A stretch of 64,000 nt of DNA, from the IMG/VR virus record IMGVR_UViG_3300042197_004429, positions 32,001 to 96,000 of that record; one strand, given 5' to 3'. The notes under the pieces were generated by a model. It made no database searches, had not been told where the DNA came from, and saw only the letters and a list, made by a program, of their open reading frames with translations. The DNA is from a virus. Shown here one piece after another: positions 44,375 through 54,123 of the stretch (the stretch's first letter is position 1; the number at the start of each line of letters is the position of its first letter). A program made the position numbers and the translations under genes.

Positions 44375-45157
44375 CTACATCAACTTTCTATTATTTTCTA
44401 TTTCTTCTTTAAACCAATCAGGGTATTCAGCATTCCATTTTTTGCAATATCTAATTCCATTATTTATAAATAATCTTTTTTGATTTGTTTTTCCATAGGT
44501 TTGTGATGGGTGCCAAAGATGTAATTCCGTCTCAGGTCTAAAGGTCGATTTAACACCTATTTCATTCATTTTGTTTGTCATATCGCTGTCTGCCCAGCCA
44601 TATCCAATATAACCTTCATCCATCAGATCTGCTTCAAAGAAATCATCACGCCAAAAGGCCGTGTTACCCGACCACATGTTTCTTAATCCAATATGGTTTT
44701 CTTCACTTCGGTATTCGTCTTTATATTCAAAAGATTCATTTGTTATTTCTTCGTCATTTGCAGTTTTGGTTAATTTTTTCATACACTTACAAGTGATGCA
44801 AGTTTTTGGTTTTATTTCTTTTTCTATATTTTTGAAATAATCTTTGGGAAGAATTCTGTCGCTCTCCAGAACCACAACCTTGTTTAAAGAACAATTTCTT
44901 ACTCCTACGTTTATCATCTTGGCAAGAATCATTTCATTTTCTTCCATGTTGAAATGTTTTTTGATTTTAAATCTATCCGATAGTTTACAAAGTTCCTTTG
45001 TTTGATCGTCCGCCAAAAACTCTATAGAATCCTGACAAACAGTGACCAACTCAGAATTTAAAACAACATCACGCTGGTTTATCAACAAAAATCTCAATGT
45101 TTGTAAGAGATTTTCAAATCTTGCTGTGTGGAACGGTATTATAAAAGAAATGTTCAT
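44375..45157 (-). CDS. GT2/GT7-like glycosyltransferase
   Basis: ISFIIP, INVGV, MDEGYIGYGWADSD, HLWH. Confidence 0.8.
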   Translation of the reverse strand: MNISFIIPFHTARFENLLQTLRFLLINQRDVVLNSELVTVCQDSIEFLADDQTKELCKLSDRFKIKKHFNMEENEMILAKMINVGVRNCSLNKVVVLESDRILPKDYFKNIEKEIKPKTCITCKCMKKLTKTANDEEITNESFEYKDEYRSEENHIGLRNMWSGNTAFWRDDFFEADLMDEGYIGYGWADSDMTNKMNEIGVKSTFRPETELHLWHPSQTYGKTNQKRLFINNGIRYCKKWNAEYPDWFKEEIENNRKLM

Positions 45158-45159
45158 AT

Positions 45160-45167
45160 TATAAATA
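45160..45167 (+). promoter_or_regulatory. T4-type late promoter
   Basis: TATAAATA ahead of the 45193-49288 operon. Confidence 0.5.
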
Positions 45168-45192
45168 TGTACTTTAAAATAATTAAAATTTT

Positions 45193-45537
45193 ATGTTAAA
45201 TTCACAAGATATATTAAGAACACAATTTATTAATAAAGATTTTGAAATAACTTATATTACACAAGAAAGAATGTTTAATTGGAAAAAAATTTGGAATAAA
45301 ACTTTTTTTTCTATAGATGGTGTTCAATTATTGGAAAAAATATCACAAAATAAAATTTTTAGTTTCTATTGCACAGACACAGATCCTGTTTTGTTGTGGG
45401 TTGGTTTGACATTACGATTTGGCCCTCAAACCTCAGAAAATAAATGTTTTTTTATAAAAAAAAATAATTTTTTAGATTTTGTAGATGAAATTAAATTTGG
45501 TAAAAAAAAATTGATTTGGCTACAGGAAGGTTTTTGA
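45193..45537 (+). CDS. Hypothetical protein
   Basis: 114 aa; ends WLQEGF. Confidence 0.6.
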   Translation: MLNSQDILRTQFINKDFEITYITQERMFNWKKIWNKTFFSIDGVQLLEKISQNKIFSFYCTDTDPVLLWVGLTLRFGPQTSENKCFFIKKNNFLDFVDEIKFGKKKLIWLQEGF

Positions 45538-45542
45538 CATTT

Positions 45543-46181
45543 ATGAAAATTGCAATAATGCAACCTTACTTTTTTCCTTATATAGGTTATTTTGAATTAA
45601 TCAAACACGTCGATATTTTTGTTTTTTTAAATGATGTTCAATTTACAAAAAGAGGATGGATTAACAGAAATAGAATAAGGTCTTCGCATAAAGAAAATGA
45701 AAATATAGTCATACCGGTAAAGAGCCACAGACAAAAAACTAATATTAGCGAAATAACACCCGCTTCCTCAGATTGGAATGATCACATATACAAGAAAATA
45801 ATTTGCACTTACGGAATTAAGAATAAAATATTTTTAAATTATTTTTTATCCCTTTCGGGCCACGCAAAATTAAAAGATATTCTTTGTGATTCAATAATTT
45901 GGACATCACAATACTTGGGTTTGGATGTAAATTTTAAACACTCAGAAAATATATCAAAACAGTCAGGTTTTAAAAAACTGATTGAAATTTGCAAGTATTT
46001 CAATTGCGATCATTATGTCAATGCTTGTGGTGGAATCAATCTTTACAATAGAGAGGATTTTGAAAAAGAAGGAATATTTTTAGAATTTTTAGATCCTACT
46101 AAATTTAGCAATAAACTTTCTATAATAGATTTGATATTAACACAAGAAGAAGAAACTAAATTATGGCTCAAAAAGTCCTAA
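45543..46181 (+). CDS. WbqC-family protein
   Basis: IAIMQPYFFPYIGYF, LNDVQF...WINRNRI, YVNACGG..LY, LSIID. Confidence 0.9.
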   Translation: MKIAIMQPYFFPYIGYFELIKHVDIFVFLNDVQFTKRGWINRNRIRSSHKENENIVIPVKSHRQKTNISEITPASSDWNDHIYKKIICTYGIKNKIFLNYFLSLSGHAKLKDILCDSIIWTSQYLGLDVNFKHSENISKQSGFKKLIEICKYFNCDHYVNACGGINLYNREDFEKEGIFLEFLDPTKFSNKLSIIDLILTQEEETKLWLKKS

Positions 46182-46801
46182 TATTCGGCACAGAGGACAC
46201 ATCCTCACTAGCCAGTTTTTATTTAAAAAATGATTCCCAGTACGAGCCTGTGGCTTTTTGTGTTGATGGCGATTTTTTAAAAGAAGCTAATTTTGAAGGT
46301 CTTCCTGTTGTTCCTTTTGAGGAAGTAGACGAACAATTTTCAAATAATGAATTTAAATTTTTTGCTTCAATATATGACAATCAATTTAGGTCAAAAAAAA
46401 GCAATGAAATCAAACAAAGGGGATATGAATTGATATCGTATGTCAGCAGCAGATCTTCTGTGTTTTCTCCCGTAGGCGAAAATTGTTTTATTATGGAAGA
46501 CAACACAATTCAGCCTTTTGTTAAGGTTGGCAACAACATTATTATGTGGTCTGGGAATCACATAGGACACCACTCTGTAATTGAGGATAATAATTTTTTA
46601 TCCTCGCACGTTGTTGTGTGCGGTCATTGTCACATTAAACCTTTTTGTTGGATAGGCGTTAATTCCTCAATTAGAGATCATATTGTTTTGGAGGAGGGTA
46701 CATTCGTTGCGATGTCATCTATGGTTACAAAAAACACAAAGCCCTACAAAAAGTATACGGGAGTTCCAGCCAAAGAGTATGGCGATAATCTTAACCGGTA
46801 A
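46163..46801 (+). CDS. Sugar O/N-acetyltransferase (hexapeptide, NeuD/PglD-like)
   Basis: LIFG, left-handed beta-helix repeats, HIGHHS, GVPAK. Confidence 0.85.
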   Translation: MAQKVLIFGTEDTSSLASFYLKNDSQYEPVAFCVDGDFLKEANFEGLPVVPFEEVDEQFSNNEFKFFASIYDNQFRSKKSNEIKQRGYELISYVSSRSSVFSPVGENCFIMEDNTIQPFVKVGNNIIMWSGNHIGHHSVIEDNNFLSSHVVVCGHCHIKPFCWIGVNSSIRDHIVLEEGTFVAMSSMVTKNTKPYKKYTGVPAKEYGDNLNR

Positions 46802-47183
46802 GGGTTTAAATTCTTTATTTGTTGCAAAAACAATTTCAAATAATTTAGATATTCCTATTAAATTTATTGAAGATGATCCAAAAATAGATCAATATGATGA
46901 ATTTTTTTTTGTTGTTTCCAATAGAGGCGATGAAGAGTTACCGGAGTGCTTTGAAAATTTTTTAAATAATTTGATTACTTTAAATAAAAAGTATTACATT
47001 TGTGAAATAGGAAATTATTTTGGTTTTGAATATGAATTTTTTGGTAGTAGAAAAATAGTTGATTTTATTTTAAAAAGATTAGGTTGGGAAGAAGTCTCAT
47101 CCTTGTCAGTCGATTCCATGCCAGCAATTGATGAAGAAAGATTGATTGATTGGATCGATCAAATCAAAAAGGATTCTCTATGA
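46779..47183 (+). CDS. Flavodoxin-like protein
   Basis: FVVSNRGDEELP, CEIGNY..FFG, short alpha/beta fold. Confidence 0.55.
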   Translation: MAIILTGKGLNSLFVAKTISNNLDIPIKFIEDDPKIDQYDEFFFVVSNRGDEELPECFENFLNNLITLNKKYYICEIGNYFGFEYEFFGSRKIVDFILKRLGWEEVSSLSVDSMPAIDEERLIDWIDQIKKDSL

Positions 47184-47881
47184 AATTAATTACAGAACTG
47201 GATTGTGATAATAGAATAGGCAAAAAAATAAAAAAAAATTTGCATGATTATAAAGTTGTTATCGTTCGAAATTCGCCAACCACCAACACGTTTTGGATCG
47301 AACAAGCCTCTGAAATTGGAAAATTAGTTCCCATGAAGGAGGATATAAAAACAGGAAACAAAACGGGAGAATTTTGGACCGATATTAAATATGATGCTAA
47401 ACTATCACATACTTTTTCTCACTCTAACACACGCCAGCCTTTGCACACAGATGGTTCTTATGAGTCACTTGCTCCTAATATTACTTTTTTCTTTTGTCTA
47501 AAGCCCGCTAAAGTAGGAGGATCTACTACTTGTTTAGATTTAGATCTTTTAAAAAAATGTTTAAAAATAGAAAAGCCGGAATTGCTCGAAAGATTAAAAA
47601 CAACTGAGATTCTTTTTTCTAAAGGAAACGATTTTAAAACAAGCAAAATTATAAATGAAAATAAATGTAATTGGAATTATTTTAGAGCAGCCAAAAGCGA
47701 TTTAACGGAGGAGTTTCACATTTATTTAGAGCAAAGAATAATACAAATGGGTGTTTTAACTAATATTAATCTTAAAAAAGGCGATGCTGTTTTTTTTAAT
47801 GATGAGTTAATTCTTCATGGAAGAAATGCTTTTATAGGTGATCGTTGGTTGAAAAAAGGAGGATTGATATGGAGTGGTTAA
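47180..47881 (+). CDS. TauD/clavaminate synthase-like Fe(II)/2OG dioxygenase
   Basis: PLHTDGS (HxD), GGST, LHGRNAF. Confidence 0.85.
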   Translation: MKLITELDCDNRIGKKIKKNLHDYKVVIVRNSPTTNTFWIEQASEIGKLVPMKEDIKTGNKTGEFWTDIKYDAKLSHTFSHSNTRQPLHTDGSYESLAPNITFFFCLKPAKVGGSTTCLDLDLLKKCLKIEKPELLERLKTTEILFSKGNDFKTSKIINENKCNWNYFRAAKSDLTEEFHIYLEQRIIQMGVLTNINLKKGDAVFFNDELILHGRNAFIGDRWLKKGGLIWSG

Positions 47882-48669
47882 AAGGGCCAGACCTAAGTTT
47901 CTTTAATCCGGATAATCCTTTTGAAAATGACATACGCCACCTCCCAAATAAACACGAAATAGTTACAAAATTTGTTGATCTAGATTATTTAAAAACGGTT
48001 AACTTAAGAAAATGCCGATTAAGTTACCTCCCTGTTTTTAAAAGTAAACAAATTGAGTCTCTAGATTTAAGCTGCAATAATTTAAGTGTTTTCCCAGAGT
48101 GGATATTGGATTTAAAAAATTTAAAGTATTTAAATTTGGGTTCAAATTTTTTTGAACATTTGCCAAATTTAGAAAATTTGCCTTTAGAGACTTTAAAATT
48201 ACACAAAAACAAGTTCTCTTATTTACAAATTCCTAAAACTATAAAGTGTTTAAATCTTTACCTAAACAATTTCTTAGATATACCTGACATAACCCATTTA
48301 AAAGATTTGGAGTTTTTTTCATTTGGTGTGACTAAAATTACAAGACTACCGGACTGGATTTGTGATTTTAAAAATCTAAAGTGGTTGTCTTTAGTTGTGA
48401 ATGATATAGAATACCTTCCTGAAAATTTTTGTAATTTACAAAATTTAATTGGTTTAAGACTTGCAAAAAATAAATTAAAAAAATTACCAAATAATATTGG
48501 TCTTTGTAAAAGTTTAAAAGAAATCACTCTTTACTCTAATTGTATTAGTTGTCTCCCAGATTCTTTTTATCAATTAGATTTAGAAAAACTCAATTTATCC
48601 AAAAATTATTTAATTGATAAAAATAAAATAATAAATAAATTTTCGAATATAAATTTTTTTTCCTGTTAG
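47869..48669 (+). CDS. Leucine-rich repeat protein
   Basis: Repeated LxxLxLxxNxLxxLP units. Confidence 0.9.
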   Translation: MEWLKGPDLSFFNPDNPFENDIRHLPNKHEIVTKFVDLDYLKTVNLRKCRLSYLPVFKSKQIESLDLSCNNLSVFPEWILDLKNLKYLNLGSNFFEHLPNLENLPLETLKLHKNKFSYLQIPKTIKCLNLYLNNFLDIPDITHLKDLEFFSFGVTKITRLPDWICDFKNLKWLSLVVNDIEYLPENFCNLQNLIGLRLAKNKLKKLPNNIGLCKSLKEITLYSNCISCLPDSFYQLDLEKLNLSKNYLIDKNKIINKFSNINFFSC

Positions 48670-48676
48670 GGATCTT

Positions 48677-49288
48677 ATGTCGATAGCTTATAAAGTGGTT
48701 CGTGATTTTGAAGAAGCCATGGCAGAATACGTCGGCAGTAGATATGCTGTTGCGGTGGATAGCTGCACCAACGCTTTGTTTTTATGTTGTTACTACTTAA
48801 AAGTTCAACAAGTTACCATTCCATCTAGAACTTATATCTCGGTGCCCTGTTCTATTATTCATGCAGGAGGCTCAGTTGTTTTTGAAGACATTAAATGGAT
48901 TGGAAGTTATCAATTAAAACCATATCCGATTTACGATAGCGCTTGCAAACTATCAAGGGGAATGTACGAATCGGGAACTTTTCAATGTGTGTCTTTTAGT
49001 CCAAATAAAATTTTGAATATAGGCAAAGGTGGCATGATATTCACCGATGATGAAATTGCGAGAAATTGGTTTAAACTTGCTAGGTATGAAGGTAGGGAGG
49101 AAGTATCATTGATGCAACAAGATATTTTTGAAGTTATTGGTTGGAATATGTATATGACACCAGAGCAAGGGGCAAGAGGTTTAATTTTGTCAACATTTTT
49201 GAAAGACGAAAATATAAAGAATCCAAACTACCCCGATTTGTCTTTGAGATTTAGGCCAAAACAAAAATCAACCCACAACCTCAGCTAA
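48677..49288 (+). CDS. DegT/DnrJ/EryC1/StrS aminotransferase-like protein (short)
   Basis: FEEAMAEY...AVAVDSCTNAL, YDSAC, SFSPNKIL..GKGGMI, GWNMYM. Confidence 0.85.
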   Translation: MSIAYKVVRDFEEAMAEYVGSRYAVAVDSCTNALFLCCYYLKVQQVTIPSRTYISVPCSIIHAGGSVVFEDIKWIGSYQLKPYPIYDSACKLSRGMYESGTFQCVSFSPNKILNIGKGGMIFTDDEIARNWFKLARYEGREEVSLMQQDIFEVIGWNMYMTPEQGARGLILSTFLKDENIKNPNYPDLSLRFRPKQKSTHNLS

Positions 49289-50146
49289 ACCTATGCCTGT
49301 TTTTCCGAATCCGTTTCCATTATAGAACAAATATTTCCCGCACATAGCGGTATAGCACACCATCTCGGAGTCCCAACCATGTGGCGATTTTTCTAAGCCT
49401 TGCAAACATTCATTCATAATATTCCATTTTTTCCCACAAGCAGACTCGGCATAACCTAGACAGTAACTTTTTTTCGGATTTTTTCTGTAGTCTTTAGCAC
49501 TTCTATAAGAGAAAATCATTTTATATTTGTCTTCTTGTTGCCAAACCATCGGCCACCCTATTGCTCCCATTTCTTTTGAATAATTTATACACGGCTCAGA
49601 AAATCTCTTCCAATAAAAACCATCCAAAGACTCTGCGTATCTTATCAAGTAGACGGGGTCTCTTCTTTTTATCCAACCCGTACAAGAACAATACCACATT
49701 TTAAAAATTTTACAATTATTGTCATAAACGACACACGGACTGGTGCAGAAATAAGGTTCATCAAAACATCTGTCCATCACAGGTGATTCTTTCTTTATCC
49801 ACCCGTTCTCACCACACTCCGCAACTCCTATTGACAATTGGTAGGGCGGCGATGTTTTTTTGTTCCAGCCGATTAAATACATGAGTTTTTTTTCATTGCA
49901 ACTAACAATGCACCTTGCGGCGTGGCCATCTTGATCAAAAGACCCAGACTTTCCAAGATCAAACAATGGCCCTGAGATATTTTTTTTTATAATTTTTGGA
50001 TTTTTTTGACATAACTCAATCTTGTATATTTTAGATTTGTTATGCTTAACTTTAGAAAAATAAAGAATAATTTCTTTTTTATTTATATCAACAGTTGGGT
50101 AACGTGCTTGCCCTCTATAAACTAAACCTATTTTTTTATAATTCAT
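49268..50146 (-). CDS. Five-bladed beta-propeller glycosidase-like protein
   Basis: FDQDG, YAESLDGFYW, YAES..G..W, LFYNGNGFGKTGIGLA. Confidence 0.7.
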   Translation of the reverse strand: MNYKKIGLVYRGQARYPTVDINKKEIILYFSKVKHNKSKIYKIELCQKNPKIIKKNISGPLFDLGKSGSFDQDGHAARCIVSCNEKKLMYLIGWNKKTSPPYQLSIGVAECGENGWIKKESPVMDRCFDEPYFCTSPCVVYDNNCKIFKMWYCSCTGWIKRRDPVYLIRYAESLDGFYWKRFSEPCINYSKEMGAIGWPMVWQQEDKYKMIFSYRSAKDYRKNPKKSYCLGYAESACGKKWNIMNECLQGLEKSPHGWDSEMVCYTAMCGKYLFYNGNGFGKTGIGLAEVVG

Positions 50147-50178
50147 AAAGTTATAATAGAAATATATAATATAAATTT

Positions 50179-50790
50179 ATGCTTTTTTTAGATGAAAAAC
50201 GCTGTTTTGGTGATTTTATTTTTTTACACATACCAAAAACCGGTGGTACTAGTATAGAGAGATCTCTAGGTATTCATGGATGTAATTGTCATTGGCACAC
50301 GAAATCGGGAAATTTTCTATTCGGTGAAAAGATTGACATAATAAAAACAAAGATAAAAAATTGGGAAAAAAAAATTAAATTTTGCTTTGTTAGAAACCCT
50401 TGGGATAGACTTGTTTCTACTTTTTTTTATTTAAAAAATTTAAAAAATTTAAAACACCAGCCACTGAGTAGCCACAAAACAGTCTATTTGTCAAAAGTTA
50501 CTACTTTTGAAGATTGGATTATTAAACACGAAAATAAAGAACAAGGATTAGAAAATTTAAATGGCTTTTGGTTGTCGCCTCAAACAAACTGGGTGGGCGA
50601 AAATTTTTTTGATTTTATAGGTAGGTTTGAAAATTTAGAAATAGATTTTAAAAAATTATTTGATAAAAATTTGCCACATTTAAATAAAACTTTTCACGAA
50701 AATTACAAAAAATATTACACACTTAGAACTCAAGAAATTGTAGAAAAGTGGTATTTTGAGGATATCAAAAAATTTAATTATAAATTTTAA
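50179..50790 (+). CDS. Sulfotransferase family 2 protein
   Basis: FLHIPKTGGTS, FVRNPWDRLVS, DFIGRFENL. Confidence 0.9.
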   Translation: MLFLDEKRCFGDFIFLHIPKTGGTSIERSLGIHGCNCHWHTKSGNFLFGEKIDIIKTKIKNWEKKIKFCFVRNPWDRLVSTFFYLKNLKNLKHQPLSSHKTVYLSKVTTFEDWIIKHENKEQGLENLNGFWLSPQTNWVGENFFDFIGRFENLEIDFKKLFDKNLPHLNKTFHENYKKYYTLRTQEIVEKWYFEDIKKFNYKF

Positions 50791-51737
50791 AGAAACAAAA
50801 TTTTTTGATAATAAAAATTTTTTGATATTTCTTTAAAATTTGCATCAACAAAATCTTCTATTAATGATATTTTTTTTCCTATTTTTTTATTGAACGACCT
50901 TCTTGTTAATTGATCGCACCATATTTGAAAAGCTAATCTAGAAAAACCCCCGACAGAAGGAATTATATCTAATCCTCTCGCCAAAACAAACAAGTCAATC
51001 ACCGCATTTTCTAAAATTTTAGGATTTTCATTTCCCTCGGAGTGAAGATTTTTCTTGTTTAATTGAAAAATTATTTCCTCATTAAATAAGAAACTTTTAT
51101 TTGTTTTTTTTAGTAGCAAATCTAAAATACGAGCGTCATCCGTAGAAACATATATTGGAATTTTTGATTGATTTATTTGTATTGAAACTTTTTCAATGTA
51201 TTCATTTACATTACTAAATCCGTATTTCTTATAGTCATCAGATCTGTCGGTCCCTCTTATGTGTACCGACATGTAATCTTGATTGAGTTTATTTTTTTTT
51301 ATGTAATTTTTTAATTTAATTTTAAATTTTTCTTTTAATTCTAAATTTTTTAATGCAAGAAAAGATCCAAAGTTGGTTTCATAACAACAATTAAAAACAT
51401 CCTCCGGAATTATTTTTTTGTTTAAGTATTTTTTTATACAAACGCAATTATTAGCCCTACAGTGATCGCAAAAAAAACAATAATTATTTCCATTTATTTT
51501 TTTTTTATATTGATCTTGAAAATATTGTGAATTTTCAAAATTTAATTTTTTTTCACCATAAGCAAATGGAATATCAAAATTAAATTTAAAAATATTAAAA
51601 AAATTAGAAGATTTATAGTATTCGGTTTCAAAATGTATTAAATTAAAATTATTTTTTTTGCAGTAAATATAGGTTCTATAAAACCCTCGGAGAATATCCG
51701 CAAGTCCCCCGGTGGCATATAGATAGGCTTTTTGCAT
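50787..51737 (-). CDS. NodZ/O-fucosyltransferase-like glycosyltransferase
   Basis: GGLADIL, YMSVHIRGTD, IYVSTD, GGFSRLA. Confidence 0.6.
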   Translation of the reverse strand: MQKAYLYATGGLADILRGFYRTYIYCKKNNFNLIHFETEYYKSSNFFNIFKFNFDIPFAYGEKKLNFENSQYFQDQYKKKINGNNYCFFCDHCRANNCVCIKKYLNKKIIPEDVFNCCYETNFGSFLALKNLELKEKFKIKLKNYIKKNKLNQDYMSVHIRGTDRSDDYKKYGFSNVNEYIEKVSIQINQSKIPIYVSTDDARILDLLLKKTNKSFLFNEEIIFQLNKKNLHSEGNENPKILENAVIDLFVLARGLDIIPSVGGFSRLAFQIWCDQLTRRSFNKKIGKKISLIEDFVDANFKEISKNFYYQKILFL

Positions 51738-51746
51738 ATATAATAT

Positions 51747-52451
51747 ATGCAAAATTTATCTCAAATTTCAAGCAAATATTTTACCGGTGATTCTAAGGGT
51801 GGTGATAAATGCATAAGACACAATTATTGTGATAAATATGATTTGCACTTTTTAAAATATCGATATAAAAAATTAAACCTACTTGAAATAGGAGTAATGC
51901 AAGGGCGATCATTGGTCGCATGGCGAGACTATTTCCCAAATGCAAATATATTGGGAATAGACATTAAACATTATTGTAAACAATATGAAGATGATAGAAT
52001 AAAAATAGAAATTGGAGATCAAAAAGACAAATCTTTTCTTGCTAAAGTAGAAAAAAAACATGGTCCATTTGAAGTCATAATAGATGATGGAAGCCATTTT
52101 TGGATGGATGTTGTGACTTCTTTTAAGTTTTTGTTTCCATTGTTAAAAGAAGGCGGGATCTATGTTATAGAAGACCTTCACACTTCTTATTGTGAACAAT
52201 GTTCAAAAGATTGTGAAATCTCACCGATAGAATATTTAAAAAAAAGCATAGACAAAATTAATATGTTTGGGAAATACACACCCCATAACGTCGGTATGTT
52301 CGCTAGAGCCGCAGATAAACAAAAGTCTGTTTTGGATTCAGGCTTATCCAAAACAGACTGTGATTATGATATTTATTCTATGAGTTTTTATCCAAGCATA
52401 TGTTTTATAGAAAAAGAAAATTATGAAAAACATAAAAGAAAAATTTATTGA
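51747..52451 (+). CDS. Sugar O-methyltransferase-like (class I SAM)
   Basis: LLEIGV, GIDI, GDQ, IIDDGSH, LKEGGIYVIEDL. Confidence 0.85.
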   Translation: MQNLSQISSKYFTGDSKGGDKCIRHNYCDKYDLHFLKYRYKKLNLLEIGVMQGRSLVAWRDYFPNANILGIDIKHYCKQYEDDRIKIEIGDQKDKSFLAKVEKKHGPFEVIIDDGSHFWMDVVTSFKFLFPLLKEGGIYVIEDLHTSYCEQCSKDCEISPIEYLKKSIDKINMFGKYTPHNVGMFARAADKQKSVLDSGLSKTDCDYDIYSMSFYPSICFIEKENYEKHKRKIY

Positions 52452-53214
52452 AGAGGGTTTTGTTTTAGTTAAAAATTTTTTTACCAAAAAAGAAATTTAT
52501 ATAGTCAAAAATGATATTGATGAAATTTTTGAAACATACAATAAAAATTGTAGTGATTTTTCAATTATGGAATTGTTCGAAAAAGATTTTGATGGATTTC
52601 ATGGATGCGCCAAGGCATCTCAAAACTTGATCTCATTAATCAGAATGTCAACTTGTGATAAACTCATAAAATTACTTAAAAAAATAGGAATTAATTTTCC
52701 ATCCATCAACACTAGACCACTAGTTTCATTTAGCTCACAGAGAACCGCAAAAAGAGAAACAAACTGGAAAGTTCCCGCTCATCAAGATTGGCCCTCTGTT
52801 CAAGGTAGTCTTAATGGTGTGACTTGTTGGATTCCACTTATAAATATCAACAAAGATTTGGGTTATCTCGAAATAGCAAAAGGAAGCCACAAAAGAGGTT
52901 ATATTGAACACAATTTAGAACATGTTCCATTGTTGGATAATAAAAAAATAAAAAATGAAATTTTTACACCGATTAAGATGGATTTGGGAGATATTTTATT
53001 ATTCAATTTTTTTACCATACACCGCTCTGGTTTGAATAAAACAAAGGATAAGATAAGGATTACCACTCATTTTAGATATAACGACTTAAAAGAAGAGACT
53101 TTTATAAAAAGAAAAATGCCCCACCATAGGGTTGATACTTTCAAAAGTGAAATTTTATTTCCTAATTTTCCAAGTGAAAAAGAAATGAAATTGTTCTTAA
53201 AAAAACAAATATGA
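52423..53214 (+). CDS. PhyH-family Fe(II)/2OG dioxygenase
   Basis: PAHQDW, CWIPL, KGSHK, GDILLF...HRS, R. Confidence 0.9.
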   Translation: MKNIKEKFIEEGFVLVKNFFTKKEIYIVKNDIDEIFETYNKNCSDFSIMELFEKDFDGFHGCAKASQNLISLIRMSTCDKLIKLLKKIGINFPSINTRPLVSFSSQRTAKRETNWKVPAHQDWPSVQGSLNGVTCWIPLININKDLGYLEIAKGSHKRGYIEHNLEHVPLLDNKKIKNEIFTPIKMDLGDILLFNFFTIHRSGLNKTKDKIRITTHFRYNDLKEETFIKRKMPHHRVDTFKSEILFPNFPSEKEMKLFLKKQI

Positions 53215-54119
53215 ATTTTTATTGTTATCATTCCGATTCTTTAATTAAAAAAATTAAATTAAAGACTAATAATGTAACCTTACATAAAGAATTTAGTCAT
53301 CCTTGTAATGATTTTTTAAGAGAAGTGTTTAAAAACTCAAGCATTGTTAAAAAAGATTCTTATTTTTTTGTGCCTGTGGTTATAAGAGCTAAAAAACAAG
53401 CCTCAATTGGAGAAATAGATGCTTGTTTTTCTCATTTAATTAAAAATTTAGAATATTTTCAAGACTATAGAAGTAAACACATTTTTTTTTGGGTGGGAGA
53501 CAGTTTCCTGTTTTCTAGTTTGTCAAATTGCGAAAATTTTTTTATGCAATCTTGTCATAACAAGTACTGTTGTAAGCCCCTGCACTATATTTCTCCAATT
53601 TGTAAATATTTAGCAAATTCAAAAAATATAGAGTTAACTGATATAGATGTTTCTTTTCAAGGAAATTTAAAAACTCATAGGTGCAGAGAAAAATTCAAAG
53701 ATATAAATTTAAAATTCAAGACAAAAATTGTATTTAGTCCACCAAATCAACCTCAAAATTACCCCAAATATCTCATAGATTCTTATATTGATTCTATAGA
53801 AAATAGTAAATTTGTATTGTGTCCGAGAGGGCAAGGCTTGAACTCCATTAGATTTTTTGAAGCAGTTGCAGCAGGGAGGATTCCTATTTTAATATCCGAT
53901 AATGTTAAATTACCATTGAGCGATATGATTGATTGGTCTAGTGTGATAATTCAATTAAGTGAAGATTTTGAATGCGAAGATTTAAATTTTAAAATTAAAC
54001 ATTTTATAGATAAAAATAATTTACTTGATGTTTCTAACAAATTAAAAAAAATTTGGAATAATTATTTTTTAGATTTTAAAAATTTTTTTATATTAAATCT
54101 TTTTAAGATTTTTAATTAA
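53211..54119 (+). CDS. Exostosin-family (GT47) glycosyltransferase
   Basis: SKFVLCPRG.G.NSIRFFEAV..G.IPILISD..KLP. Confidence 0.85.
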   Translation: MNFYCYHSDSLIKKIKLKTNNVTLHKEFSHPCNDFLREVFKNSSIVKKDSYFFVPVVIRAKKQASIGEIDACFSHLIKNLEYFQDYRSKHIFFWVGDSFLFSSLSNCENFFMQSCHNKYCCKPLHYISPICKYLANSKNIELTDIDVSFQGNLKTHRCREKFKDINLKFKTKIVFSPPNQPQNYPKYLIDSYIDSIENSKFVLCPRGQGLNSIRFFEAVAAGRIPILISDNVKLPLSDMIDWSSVIIQLSEDFECEDLNFKIKHFIDKNNLLDVSNKLKKIWNNYFLDFKNFFILNLFKIFN

Positions 54120-54123
54120 ATTT

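Noticed and set aside
50095-50103. Match to the orphan omegaRNA guide (TTGGGTAAC)
   Set aside because: Only 9 nt, and not preceded by a TGG/GG-type flank; expected by chance.
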